Part shown: in pieces, positions 54,977 to 64,000 of the stretch | How the letters are laid out: each line of letters starts with the position of its first letter | How positions within the stretch are numbered: the first letter of the stretch is position 1 | Assembly (NCBI GenBank): GCA_040437565.1 | Contig: JBDOQK010000018.1 | Coordinates: 1 to 64,000, forward strand | DNA: 64,000 nucleotides | Direction of reading: 5' to 3' | Origin: Albugo candida | Lineage: Eukaryota | The notes under the pieces: model-generated | The model's database searches: none | The model's input: only the letters and a program-made list of their open reading frames with translations | What the model was told of the DNA's origin: nothing | Made by a program: the position numbers and the translations under genes

Positions 54977-57900
54977 ATGAACGGAAGAATTCTTTGCATT
55001 TACCGCCAAATCGCGTAAGTAGTCCGCATCGAAATGGCATTTTGACTCCCTTGCGCATCACACAGATACCAATTCGATGCTCCTCTAGACGAGGATGTCA
55101 ATGGAAATCACCAAATATCCATCGAACTCGTCCAAAATCTCATTTTCTCGCTGTTTTCTCTCCCGCCAGAAAACCAAATCTTCGTATCTCTCAATGATTT
55201 CTGCGTAATTGGCTCCTTTCACGAAAATATGAAGCTTTTTGCCGCGGAGAATGCCATCAGCATCAACGCTCCTTTACTTTCTTTCGGAAATATTGCTCAA
55301 CCGGAGCTTCGATTACTCCTTCTCGATGAAACCGCATCTTCCAGCGATCCCATTTGCTCGGATTACGCGAATATTTGTACTCGATGCGTCTTTGGTGACG
55401 TGTCGGTGTTCCAGCCGGTATATCGCTCCACGAAGATCACATCGGATTCCCAAAGTATTTGTGTGATGTGTCGTGCTTGTGCACAAAGTTGTACAACGGG
55501 TATGGAGAGACCTTTTGTGGCGATGCTTTAACACCTTTTCTTTGGATAGCTTCCAAGCTTTTGGATCCGTTAGAATGGCATCAAATGATTGCGAAGAATT
55601 CTCATCCTTCGTTCATTTCTTCTGTAATAACTGTCTCTGGCGATTCCGATGTGACCGCCCCCCAGAGCTACATCAAGCTTCCGTGGGATCTCAATATCAT
55701 GGGTTCAGGTCAATCTGTCTTCCTCTGCGTCCAACGCGGTAAGAACGGCTGCTAAGAATCCTTTCCAAAGGCGCTGACTCCCTCGTCACAGATAAACGGC
55801 GGGCGCTGACTTCAATCGATCTCGTTGAGATTTCCAATTGTCAGTTCCAATTGACGTCGGAAGTGGTACCTCTTTGCAGAAACAACGACGCATTCGGGAT
55901 CACAGATGTGCGGGTGCTTTACGGAAAGGATGCCGAGATACCGAAAGGATACATTCGATCATCCACAAGTATGATGTCGGACAACTTTGACGTGTATCTT
56001 TGCTATCAATTGGCTCCACTTTCCGGCTTCGTATGCAACAATGAACACAGCGATATTGGAAAATGTCTTTTTTCAAGTCGCTTTTCCACAACGCGATCTT
56101 TATTGGACTTTGATGTATCTCAATGGCTCATTTTTCTGTCGATACGAGCGGCTCGTTTAAAATCGGATCGAGAAATGATGCAAATACGATACAAAGAGAA
56201 GGAGCCCGAGATGCTGAGTCGTCTACATGCCGGTCTTGGTCGTGTGTTGCAGTATGAAGATCCTTCCATGCAACAAGCAGCAAGGATGCACATTCCGATT
56301 GAAAGACTGAAACGCGATGCAGCTCTTGCCGTTTCAGACTCGAATTCCTCGATGGACGAAGCGCTTGTGCGCCAATTGTTGCATTGGTTCAAAGCTGAAT
56401 TCTTCACTTGGACAAATCAGCCGAAATGCTCTTCTTGCGGAAATGAAAAGACTCGTTATTTACGCACTGAAGGCCCACAAAGCGACGACGAAATCCAAGG
56501 CAATGCGAGTCGAGTCGAGATATACGAATGTGACGTATGCCATGGCCTTACGCGATTTCCTCGGTACAATAATCCAATCAAACTCTTAAGCACGAGGACG
56601 GGAAGATGTGGAGAATGGGCAAATTGCTTTACACTTTGCTGTCGTGCGATGGGCTTTGATGCTCGCTATGTTTTGGATGTGACGGATCATGTATGGACGG
56701 AAGTATATTCCACTGCTCAGAATCGCTGGCTTCATTGTGATTCATGTGAAGATCAATTGGATGCTCCTTTGACGTACGAAGTTGGATGGGGGAAAAATCT
56801 ATCGTACATTTTCGCTTTTTCCAAAGACCAAGTGGTTGATGTTGCTCGACGATACACAAAAGATTGGGAATCTGTGCTTTCACGTCGAGTCGATGTGCCA
56901 GAGGAATGGTTGGAACAAGTGCTCGAGAGGCTAAATGTGGAGAAACAAAGCAGATTAAGCGCTTGTCGAATTGCCACATTGAAAGAACGTCACGTTTCCG
57001 AGCAAAGAGAGCTTCATGAGGAAAGAAAAAAGCCATCGGGTAACGTCCAAGGAAGAGTATCCGGCTCGGCAGAATGGAAGCGTGTGAGAGAAGAAGATGG
57101 GTTGAAGTCGACGTTTGTTGATCATGGATGTGTAAAGCTCATCTCACGCTTGGACTCGATAAAGACAGTTTCTGTTCAGCACGTTGCAAAAGAGCTGTGT
57201 CAAGTGATGACAATCGGATGCAAGAATCCTGATTGTGTGAATCCTTACTGCTTCCACCTAAGGAAACAGAATAGTGACTTTGCGTCATATGATGCAACGG
57301 ATATGCTCGTTCGAAACTTGCAGTCGATTTCTGCCGTCTCTGGTGTCGTAAGTGCTGCTGGGATATCGTCTTTGTTGTGTTCAGAGAAATCGGATATCCG
57401 TAGCGTCATTCTCCGGCATTCACCGTCGTTATATTTGCCCATGCAGGATGAACTGGTCCCACCAAAGTGTATGCTGGTCGATATTTCAGGGAAGGAAAAC
57501 CATGTGGAGAATATCGATCGCTGCCCAATGAGAAAACCTTTTCGATTATACAGTCTTGCTGATTCGGATTCTGACTCGGAGAGAAATTGCAGCCTTGCTA
57601 TGGTTCCCCGAAAAAAGCTCCAAATTGCATTGAGTGGCACTCAAATCGAATCGTCTCAAAGCATTGGCCTCTCCTTCTTGCTTCGTTTCGAGCAACTTCT
57701 GCTGGGCGACACGGAGAATGCATCGGTGTTTACTATCAGCTTTCAACAAGGAGAGAATGTGATTGCTTTGGCGGACTTTGTGATTGTCAAATCTTCAGAA
57801 CGTGCAGTTGCAGTGAATATGAGGATGAAGTCGGAATGGTGTAGCGCCAAACAAGTGCTCCACTTCCATGAGGCGATCGCTGTTGGGCTTTCGTTCTCGA

Positions 57901-59025
57901 AGAATGGGATGATTCTCTGCCAAAATGGAGAGTCGGTGGCAACTATACCCGCATTTCCACAATGCTTCTCAGTACTCTCATTAACATTGTGCGCTACCGG
58001 AAAGCAAACAATTATCTTGTTGACTCATTTGGCTATCTTCACGTCTCCAACATTTGAAGAGAAGCTTCTGTCTTTATCGGCGGAATTGTATCGGCGCTTT
58101 ATCCCATGGAAATCGCTAAAAGCGATATCTGTGAACGGTGCAAGGGCCAAACTTTGCCAGGATCCAATCGCAAGTGTGCAATCAAGCTGCAGAATCGCAC
58201 GTGTTCGATGTAAGAATCCAATTTTTTTCGCTCAATATCCCCTCATTCTCTTGCGTGAAGTATGGGGAGAAACCTTTTTCAATGGCATCGAATTCGTCTA
58301 CGAGCGCGATCAAACTGAGACATCCACAGACCCAGCTCCAATTTATGGCACGTTTTTCGGCAACTCAATTGCTTCCGCCCTCAGAGAAATTCCCACAGTC
58401 GAAGTCACACTAATGCCATTCGAGTTCATCACCGAAATGAGTGGCCATAAAGGCGCTTGGCTTGACTCCATAACTCTCCGTACAAACTTCAAACGGACGT
58501 TCATGTGCGGTGGATCTGGTGGGGATTTTTTCAAGATCTCTAGTCCAAGTTTTATGGAAGAAATCCGCTCTATCGAATTCGCTGTTGGCGACCATTTGAA
58601 TGATCCAATTGCGTTCTTTGGACCGGTCAAAGCACCTGAGCGTACGTGTGCTTTTATCTGTAAGAAATTGAGGCTGAAATTGTGACTTAGATGCAATGGC
58701 AAGGGAATTGGACGATCTTTGTCGTTCTCTGACAGATGCGTCAAAACGCGCATTGACGCTGACAGCGATGCAGCGGTACGTAGAGAACCTTTGTGGGAAC
58801 CCAACAGAGCCGAAATATCAGCGAATTCGCGCTGGAAATCCGTATTTCGTTGAGAGCTTTGGGCATTTGAATTCTTTGCAGTTGAAGTTGAAGTTGAGGT
58901 GGTGCGGATTTTATGAAGAGGAGAGTGATGGTCAGGTGTATTATCATTGGAAAGAAGGCAAAGAGGAAAGATGGATGCTCTATTTTAGAGTGTATCTACT
59001 TGAATTGAGAAATAGATGTGAATAG
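54977..59025 (+). CDS. PNG1: Large multidomain peptide:N-glycanase (PNGase/NGLY1)
   Basis: Transglutaminase-like core LLHWFKAEFFTW, CSSC/CDVC Zn pairs, TRFPRYNNP, GRCGEWANCF, DHVWTEVY, HCDSCE, YEVGWGK, GRVSGSAEW; upstream and downstream exons joined by frame-consistent GT-AG introns from ATG 54977. Confidence 0.9.
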
Positions 59026-59111
59026 TTGTTTATTGGTTTAGAGTCAAGAAGAGTTCTATTGAAGAAATGACGGTAATACATGTTCGTGGCTATTGCTTCA
59101 TCGGTATTTAG

Positions 59112-61637
59112 ATGAAGCGTGCATTTGTATCTGCTGGCTCGAATGCGATATCCAACGCATTTGTTAGCAACGATGCGATACGTTTGAGGTTTGAATGTGA
59201 CGAGAGGAAAGATAGTGTCGCATATTGGGGCGCGTATGGATCCTCCCACTCTATTGCTTTGTTAACAAGAAATGCAATAGTTCCATCGCTTCTTCAGATT
59301 GGACCTATTTTACATCCATCGATAGACGCATCGGCGTCCGAAAATATACGAATCACAAGTATTTATCTATACGATTACGAAGGTGTCGCAATTATATTCG
59401 CTGGTGATAGTAAAGGATCCGTTTATCTCTGGAATCAGTATCATACTCATACCATCAACTCAGAATGGAATCTGATTCAATTACTTAATGGTATCAGTGG
59501 TATTTCTGCAGTTTGTGCTGGAAAAACCGTAAGAAACTGGTTTTTTCTCGCTTCGGTCTCTGATGGAGTCATAATTGCCTGGAAATGGGACATAAACGAT
59601 AGTGCATGCATCAGAGAAGCTCCTGTCGAAATAAAGCTCTCCAATCCTTCAGATCAACGTCGTATCGTCAATGCAATGTCCATATTGCCCGTAAACACCC
59701 AATTAGAGGACCGAGTTTTGGTCGCTTTAGGCGGAGTGGACCACAAGATATTCGTTTACGAGCTGACAAGTGCCAATTCGTGGATGCAAGTGTTGATTCT
59801 TGAAGGTCATTGTGGCTGGATTCGTGATATTCAATTGTTTCCCATTTGCCAAATCGAGAACGCGACTGATACACAAGAGCTTCTCTTGGCATCTGGAGCA
59901 CAAGATCATCGCATTCGAGTATGGAAAATCATGATAGATAAGCGGAATTCGATAGATCGCGTGTATGAAGCGAGTTCAGAGACAATACTGACTGCACATG
60001 AAGACTGGGTCACATCGCTTCAGTGGATGGTACTCCCTTCAAGTGCTTCTCAATACTCACTAATGCTTCTCTCCTCATCGATGGACAATTCACTCATTCT
60101 GTGGGATGCCGGAACCATTGAGAAAGATAGCTGCCAATATGTTTCGAAAAGATCTTGGAAGCCAATCTATCGTCTTGGAGAGCTTGGAGGACATGGCGTA
60201 TTATCCGCATACGCAGTACCAGGGGTGAGCCATTATCACAAGATCCCGCTAGAGCTTACAATATTGACATTTTCTGGTCAATTGGAACGTTGGCATGCGG
60301 ATATTGACACATGTGTAAGCGGAATGCGATTTGCTCCTTCCATAGGGCTCACAGGACACACTGCAGCCGTAACAGATCTATCATGGTCTCCCCAAGGTGA
60401 TTATTTGCTCACAGTATCTTCCGACCAAACGGCTCGTATTTGGGCACCATCGCTACTCACCAAAATGTATCATGAGATATCCCGAGCTCAAGTTCACGGC
60501 TACGACATCAATTGTGCTTGTTTCGTCAAAAAAGCTCCGATACGATATGTTTGTGGTGCTGATGAAAAAGTGCTTCGGATTTTTATAGCGCCTGACGAAA
60601 TTGGGAAAAGAGTCGATCAATTGAGTCAGATAGAGCCGAAAGTTGTTGCAGAGCACGACTTTATACGACACGCATATCTTCCCGAACTCAGCTTGACCAA
60701 TAAAAGATCGGGTACGGAGCACAACGAATGGGTTTCTGAGAGTGACGGATACGTGAATCTGGATCCCAACGATTTGCATGGAGCTGTGCAGCTTCCTGTC
60801 GGTAGTGTGTTGAACAGACAAACTTTGTGGCCTGAGGTCCGGAAGCTGTACGGCCATGCAAATGAGATCCTGTCAGTTGCATCAAGCCACGACGGACGAA
60901 TTTTAGCGTCTTCTTGTAAAAGTCGTGAAGAACGTTTCGCAGGTGTTTGGCTCTGGGATACGGATAGCTGGGAACCTTTACCAGTATCACCTTTGCAAGG
61001 ACATACTTGCTCTGTGGTGCAATTGGCATTCTCTCCAAATGATTTCTACTTGGTTTCTGTGTCTCGAGATCGTCATTTCTGCGTATATGAGCGTGAGCGA
61101 AATTTCACTGAGTCTGCACCTCCATATCAACTTGTGACCAGACAAAAGGCGCATAAACGCATTATTTGGACGTGCTCCTGGTCTCCAGACTCTTTGTACG
61201 TTGTTACTGGCTCTCGAGATCAGACGATTGCATTATGGAAGAGGCAAGAGTCTGCGTTGGATTGGCATTCTCCCTGTAATTCTCTTTGTCTCAATGACTC
61301 AGTTACCGCTGTAGCTTTCGCTCCAATTCTTCTCCATACTCATGGGGAGCCTCAGTATGTATTGGCAGCAGGTCTGGATAATGGCGAAATCGTATTCGTG
61401 CGTATCGTACTCGAGAATGAAAAGATCATAATGACACGCACTGAAGTAACTTTGTTAAGTACGAAGGGCACCGATGTGTCTGCACAAAGTACGAATCACA
61501 TGAGTTCTCCGTCATCGACTATTACGCGTTTGGCTTGGCGACCAGGCTCTGATGCCGAGTTGACCCTTGCAGCGTCGAGTCGAGATGGATCTGTTCATAT
61601 TTACGAGATGCATCGCTCTATTTTCGAGGATATTTGA
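59112..61637 (+). CDS. ELP2: Elongator complex subunit 2 (WD40)
   Basis: LEGHCGWIR, LLASGAQDHRIRVW, HEDWV, SSSMD, EISRAQVHGYDINC, GADEKVLRIF, TLWPEVRKLYGH, AHKRIIW. Confidence 0.93.
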   Translation: MKRAFVSAGSNAISNAFVSNDAIRLRFECDERKDSVAYWGAYGSSHSIALLTRNAIVPSLLQIGPILHPSIDASASENIRITSIYLYDYEGVAIIFAGDSKGSVYLWNQYHTHTINSEWNLIQLLNGISGISAVCAGKTVRNWFFLASVSDGVIIAWKWDINDSACIREAPVEIKLSNPSDQRRIVNAMSILPVNTQLEDRVLVALGGVDHKIFVYELTSANSWMQVLILEGHCGWIRDIQLFPICQIENATDTQELLLASGAQDHRIRVWKIMIDKRNSIDRVYEASSETILTAHEDWVTSLQWMVLPSSASQYSLMLLSSSMDNSLILWDAGTIEKDSCQYVSKRSWKPIYRLGELGGHGVLSAYAVPGVSHYHKIPLELTILTFSGQLERWHADIDTCVSGMRFAPSIGLTGHTAAVTDLSWSPQGDYLLTVSSDQTARIWAPSLLTKMYHEISRAQVHGYDINCACFVKKAPIRYVCGADEKVLRIFIAPDEIGKRVDQLSQIEPKVVAEHDFIRHAYLPELSLTNKRSGTEHNEWVSESDGYVNLDPNDLHGAVQLPVGSVLNRQTLWPEVRKLYGHANEILSVASSHDGRILASSCKSREERFAGVWLWDTDSWEPLPVSPLQGHTCSVVQLAFSPNDFYLVSVSRDRHFCVYERERNFTESAPPYQLVTRQKAHKRIIWTCSWSPDSLYVVTGSRDQTIALWKRQESALDWHSPCNSLCLNDSVTAVAFAPILLHTHGEPQYVLAAGLDNGEIVFVRIVLENEKIIMTRTEVTLLSTKGTDVSAQSTNHMSSPSSTITRLAWRPGSDAELTLAASSRDGSVHIYEMHRSIFEDI

Positions 61638-61695
61638 CCAATGGCGATATTTCTGACACTATAGCTTTCATCTAGAGGTAATCCGAATACAGTCT

Positions 61696-62568
61696 TTATG
61701 TATGATTGCCTTCAAGTATATCTGCCATTTGCCTCGCTAATACTGCATGCCGTTCACGTAATTCTTCTACTTGTGTAGCTGTAGCTCCTTGTTTACGCAC
61801 TTGTTCTTCCAGCAGTTCCAAACGTTCCTCAGCAAGCTTCAAACGTTCCATCACTATTTCCATACTTTGTTCGAAACGACATATTATTTGCTCTGTGAAC
61901 GAATTCTGCACCAATCCCAGCTTTAGAATCGCTTCGTGGCTGAGATGCGGCATTGTCGCGACATTTGCGATGTTGAGGCGCTCCATAGAGTCATACAAAC
62001 GCGTATTGTCGACGGCAGGTTGAGCTTTTTGTTGAACTTTTGGAACGATTTCCCACTTCAACTTCAAGTTCCTTAACTGTAACTCTGCTTCATTACTTGT
62101 TAAGGAGATGCATTTCAACTTGCAAGCATACAAACGGTCAAAATTGTAATTTTTCGTGAGTTTGGTCTCAAAAAAGAAAAGATTGGTTGGATTGGCAGAG
62201 CTGCTTCTGCAACCTCTTAATGTCTGGATGTAGAAATTAGATTCTTCTTGTTCGCCCCACGGCGTTGATTTGAATCCTGATGCGTATATCTCAACGTGAC
62301 GTACGGTAGCTGAAAACTGAAAATGGATTTGCTTGCACGTATACTCGCACTGTTCCCAGTCGAAATCAATTTCACACGCGATGTGCTCGTTTCTATCTAC
62401 TTGTTTCGAAGCACGTAGCTGCAGAAAAGGTTCTACCTTTTGAGAAATATCAACATCGGATATGTTAAAAGCATTTATGATAGAGAAACCGGAAGGTAAG
62501 GACGATTTATAGGCCTCTACGGGCATTTGATCAAGGCCTTCCGGGCGCCATGAGCTGAACATCTGCAT
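61696..62568 (-). CDS. Hypothetical protein, possibly C10orf88/PAAT-like beta domain plus C-terminal coiled coil
   Basis: Long intronless ORF; SATVRHVEIY...YIQTLRG...KLKCISL resembles the PAAT N-domain pattern from memory; start ambiguous. Confidence 0.5.
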   Translation of the reverse strand: MQMFSSWRPEGLDQMPVEAYKSSLPSGFSIINAFNISDVDISQKVEPFLQLRASKQVDRNEHIACEIDFDWEQCEYTCKQIHFQFSATVRHVEIYASGFKSTPWGEQEESNFYIQTLRGCRSSSANPTNLFFFETKLTKNYNFDRLYACKLKCISLTSNEAELQLRNLKLKWEIVPKVQQKAQPAVDNTRLYDSMERLNIANVATMPHLSHEAILKLGLVQNSFTEQIICRFEQSMEIVMERLKLAEERLELLEEQVRKQGATATQVEELRERHAVLARQMADILEGNHT

Positions 62569-63129
62569 TATAATCCGAACTTTGTTTAAGTACGGGTCGA
62601 GTGAGTACAAACTTTAAGGGATGATACAACCGATGCTGTATACTCGTTTGCTGAGAATATCGTTACAGCCCAACTTCAAAAAGCACGCTTTATACAAACG
62701 GCAGGATGGACGTGGGTCATTGCAAGAGAGTGACATGTTCGAAATCCATTTTTGCTAGTTTCATCCAATCAAATGCACTCATTAATATGAGGAGCGAACG
62801 AAATTTTTTCCGATCATCTGCATTCTCAATAATGACCAATCCAAAAGTAATGATAGAGATGTGCTATCCTTCGATTTTTAGACTTTAAAAAACAATCAAT
62901 CCGATTGACTAATACTCAGCCAATCCGATCCGTCCGCGCGGGTAAAAGCAGGAATTTAGAAATGCAATATCCGGCGAAATGAATGTAAGAATCAGATCAA
63001 ACAAAGGTAGTGCGATCGAATGAGATATAGAAATAAAGGAAATATAGAACACACGTCTTTTCCCGTCTTGGATCCTGCTGAATCGCTAAAGCTACGACTG
63101 CTCAGAATACAACTTCAAGGCAAGTGCCA

Positions 63130-64000
63130 ATGACGACAGAAACCGATAAAATTGCGCACTCTAGCGCAAATACATACAAAAGCGTAGACTGTAGCGAAAG
63201 CGCATCCTCCCGTAATAGTGATTTTGACAGTCATGGAGACGGTAGGGTCTTGATGCCTTGACTAGCTTCCGCCATTACTTATCTGACTACTTGATAGATT
63301 CAACGGAACCCGAAAATGAAGATGAGCTCTTGGAATCTGAATGCGATGAAAGCGATGGAACGAGCGAAAAATCTCTATCCTGTGATATATCGGATGCAAA
63401 GGCGACTTCCGAGTGCGTGGAGAAAGCGTCTGACTCGAATAGAAGCTCTCAAAGTTTCGAGTCTTTCGATGCGGAAAGTGTCGAGAAAGAAAGTGAAATA
63501 ACTGATACGATTGATAAGACACTGGAAGACTTGGTGACTTGTGTCACTCATAATCATCACACTCGGACTCACAAAGACATAGTCACAAACGCACGTATGA
63601 GTGATGAGGATAAAGTCGTGAGTGAGAGAAAAAGCACTCAAATGATAGAGAACAAAGACGATTGTGAAATCAGCAGTATGACTGCTTCAGCGGAAGGGGA
63701 AGAGACTACACTTCCAAAAGAATCCAATGAGAGTCAAGAAATGCAAAAAGAGAGCGTTAAAGAAAATGAAGAGGTGTTCGAGGATACCGTCACGATTGAG
63801 GAAATCAGTCAGGAGGCTACTGTTAAAATTGAGGAACTGAGGGACACGAACCGCAACAAACAATTGAGTGAGGGGAGCTGTCCTCCCTCTTTCATTCCAC
63901 CGACGCGAAAAAGCGAAGGAATAGAGCTTGGAAGTCAAAGAAATGACAAAGAGAGACAGACGAAAAGCAGTAATGTATTGCGTATCACTGAACGCTTTGG
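63130..64000 (+). CDS. Acidic/Ser-rich low-complexity N-terminus of a gene running off the window
   Basis: ATG 63130 MTTETDKI..., intron GTAGGG...TAG, then an open E/S/D-rich frame DSTEPENEDELLESE... to the window end. Confidence 0.7.

Noticed and set aside
4359-59025. Rad23 and PNGase (known partners) as a linked module
   Set aside because: About 50 kb and many genes apart; linkage is uninformative without synteny data
1-64000. CRISPR arrays, rRNA/tRNA genes, intact transposases, and the many antisense or alternate-frame short ORFs in the track
   Set aside because: No repeat-spacer structure, cloverleaf or RT/integrase/DDE motifs seen; the short ORFs shadow real genes

Overview
Gene-dense eukaryotic DNA with short (about 40-70 nt) GT-AG introns. 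The gene families present point to an oomycete, and the compactness and moderately AT-rich composition suggest an Albugo-like white-rust pathogen (inference). About 33 protein-coding genes are supported: class II CPD photolyase, Rad23, MAPK15/ERK7, ankyrin protein, dTMP kinase, Gemin2, ALKBH1, GGNBP2-like, ODA-DC2, secreted degenerate aspartic protease, Erf4/GOLGA7-like, NEMP-like, a Myb-like factor, a Tudor-HNH fusion, a BET bromodomain protein, CEP131, histone H1, mitochondrial AspAT, CCT protein, Vps51, SYF2, Mo25, ERGIC, NAXD, pICln, a large multidomain peptide:N-glycanase, ELP2 and several orphans. There are 14 gaps of 100 N, and 11 are flanked by direct duplications that are almost certainly unmerged contig overlaps. 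I recognise no RNA gene, CRISPR array or intact transposon. Most interesting: (1) a PNGase apparently carrying UBL, split Zn-finger/MABP, AZUL-like, LamG-like, jacalin and PUB modules; (2) a Tudor-HNH nuclease fusion; (3) a secreted pepsin-like pseudoenzyme with an NLS; (4) a CaaX-ended NEMP; (5) an ~840-nt ATG desert upstream of the BET gene. All family calls are by-eye motif recognition, not database searches.
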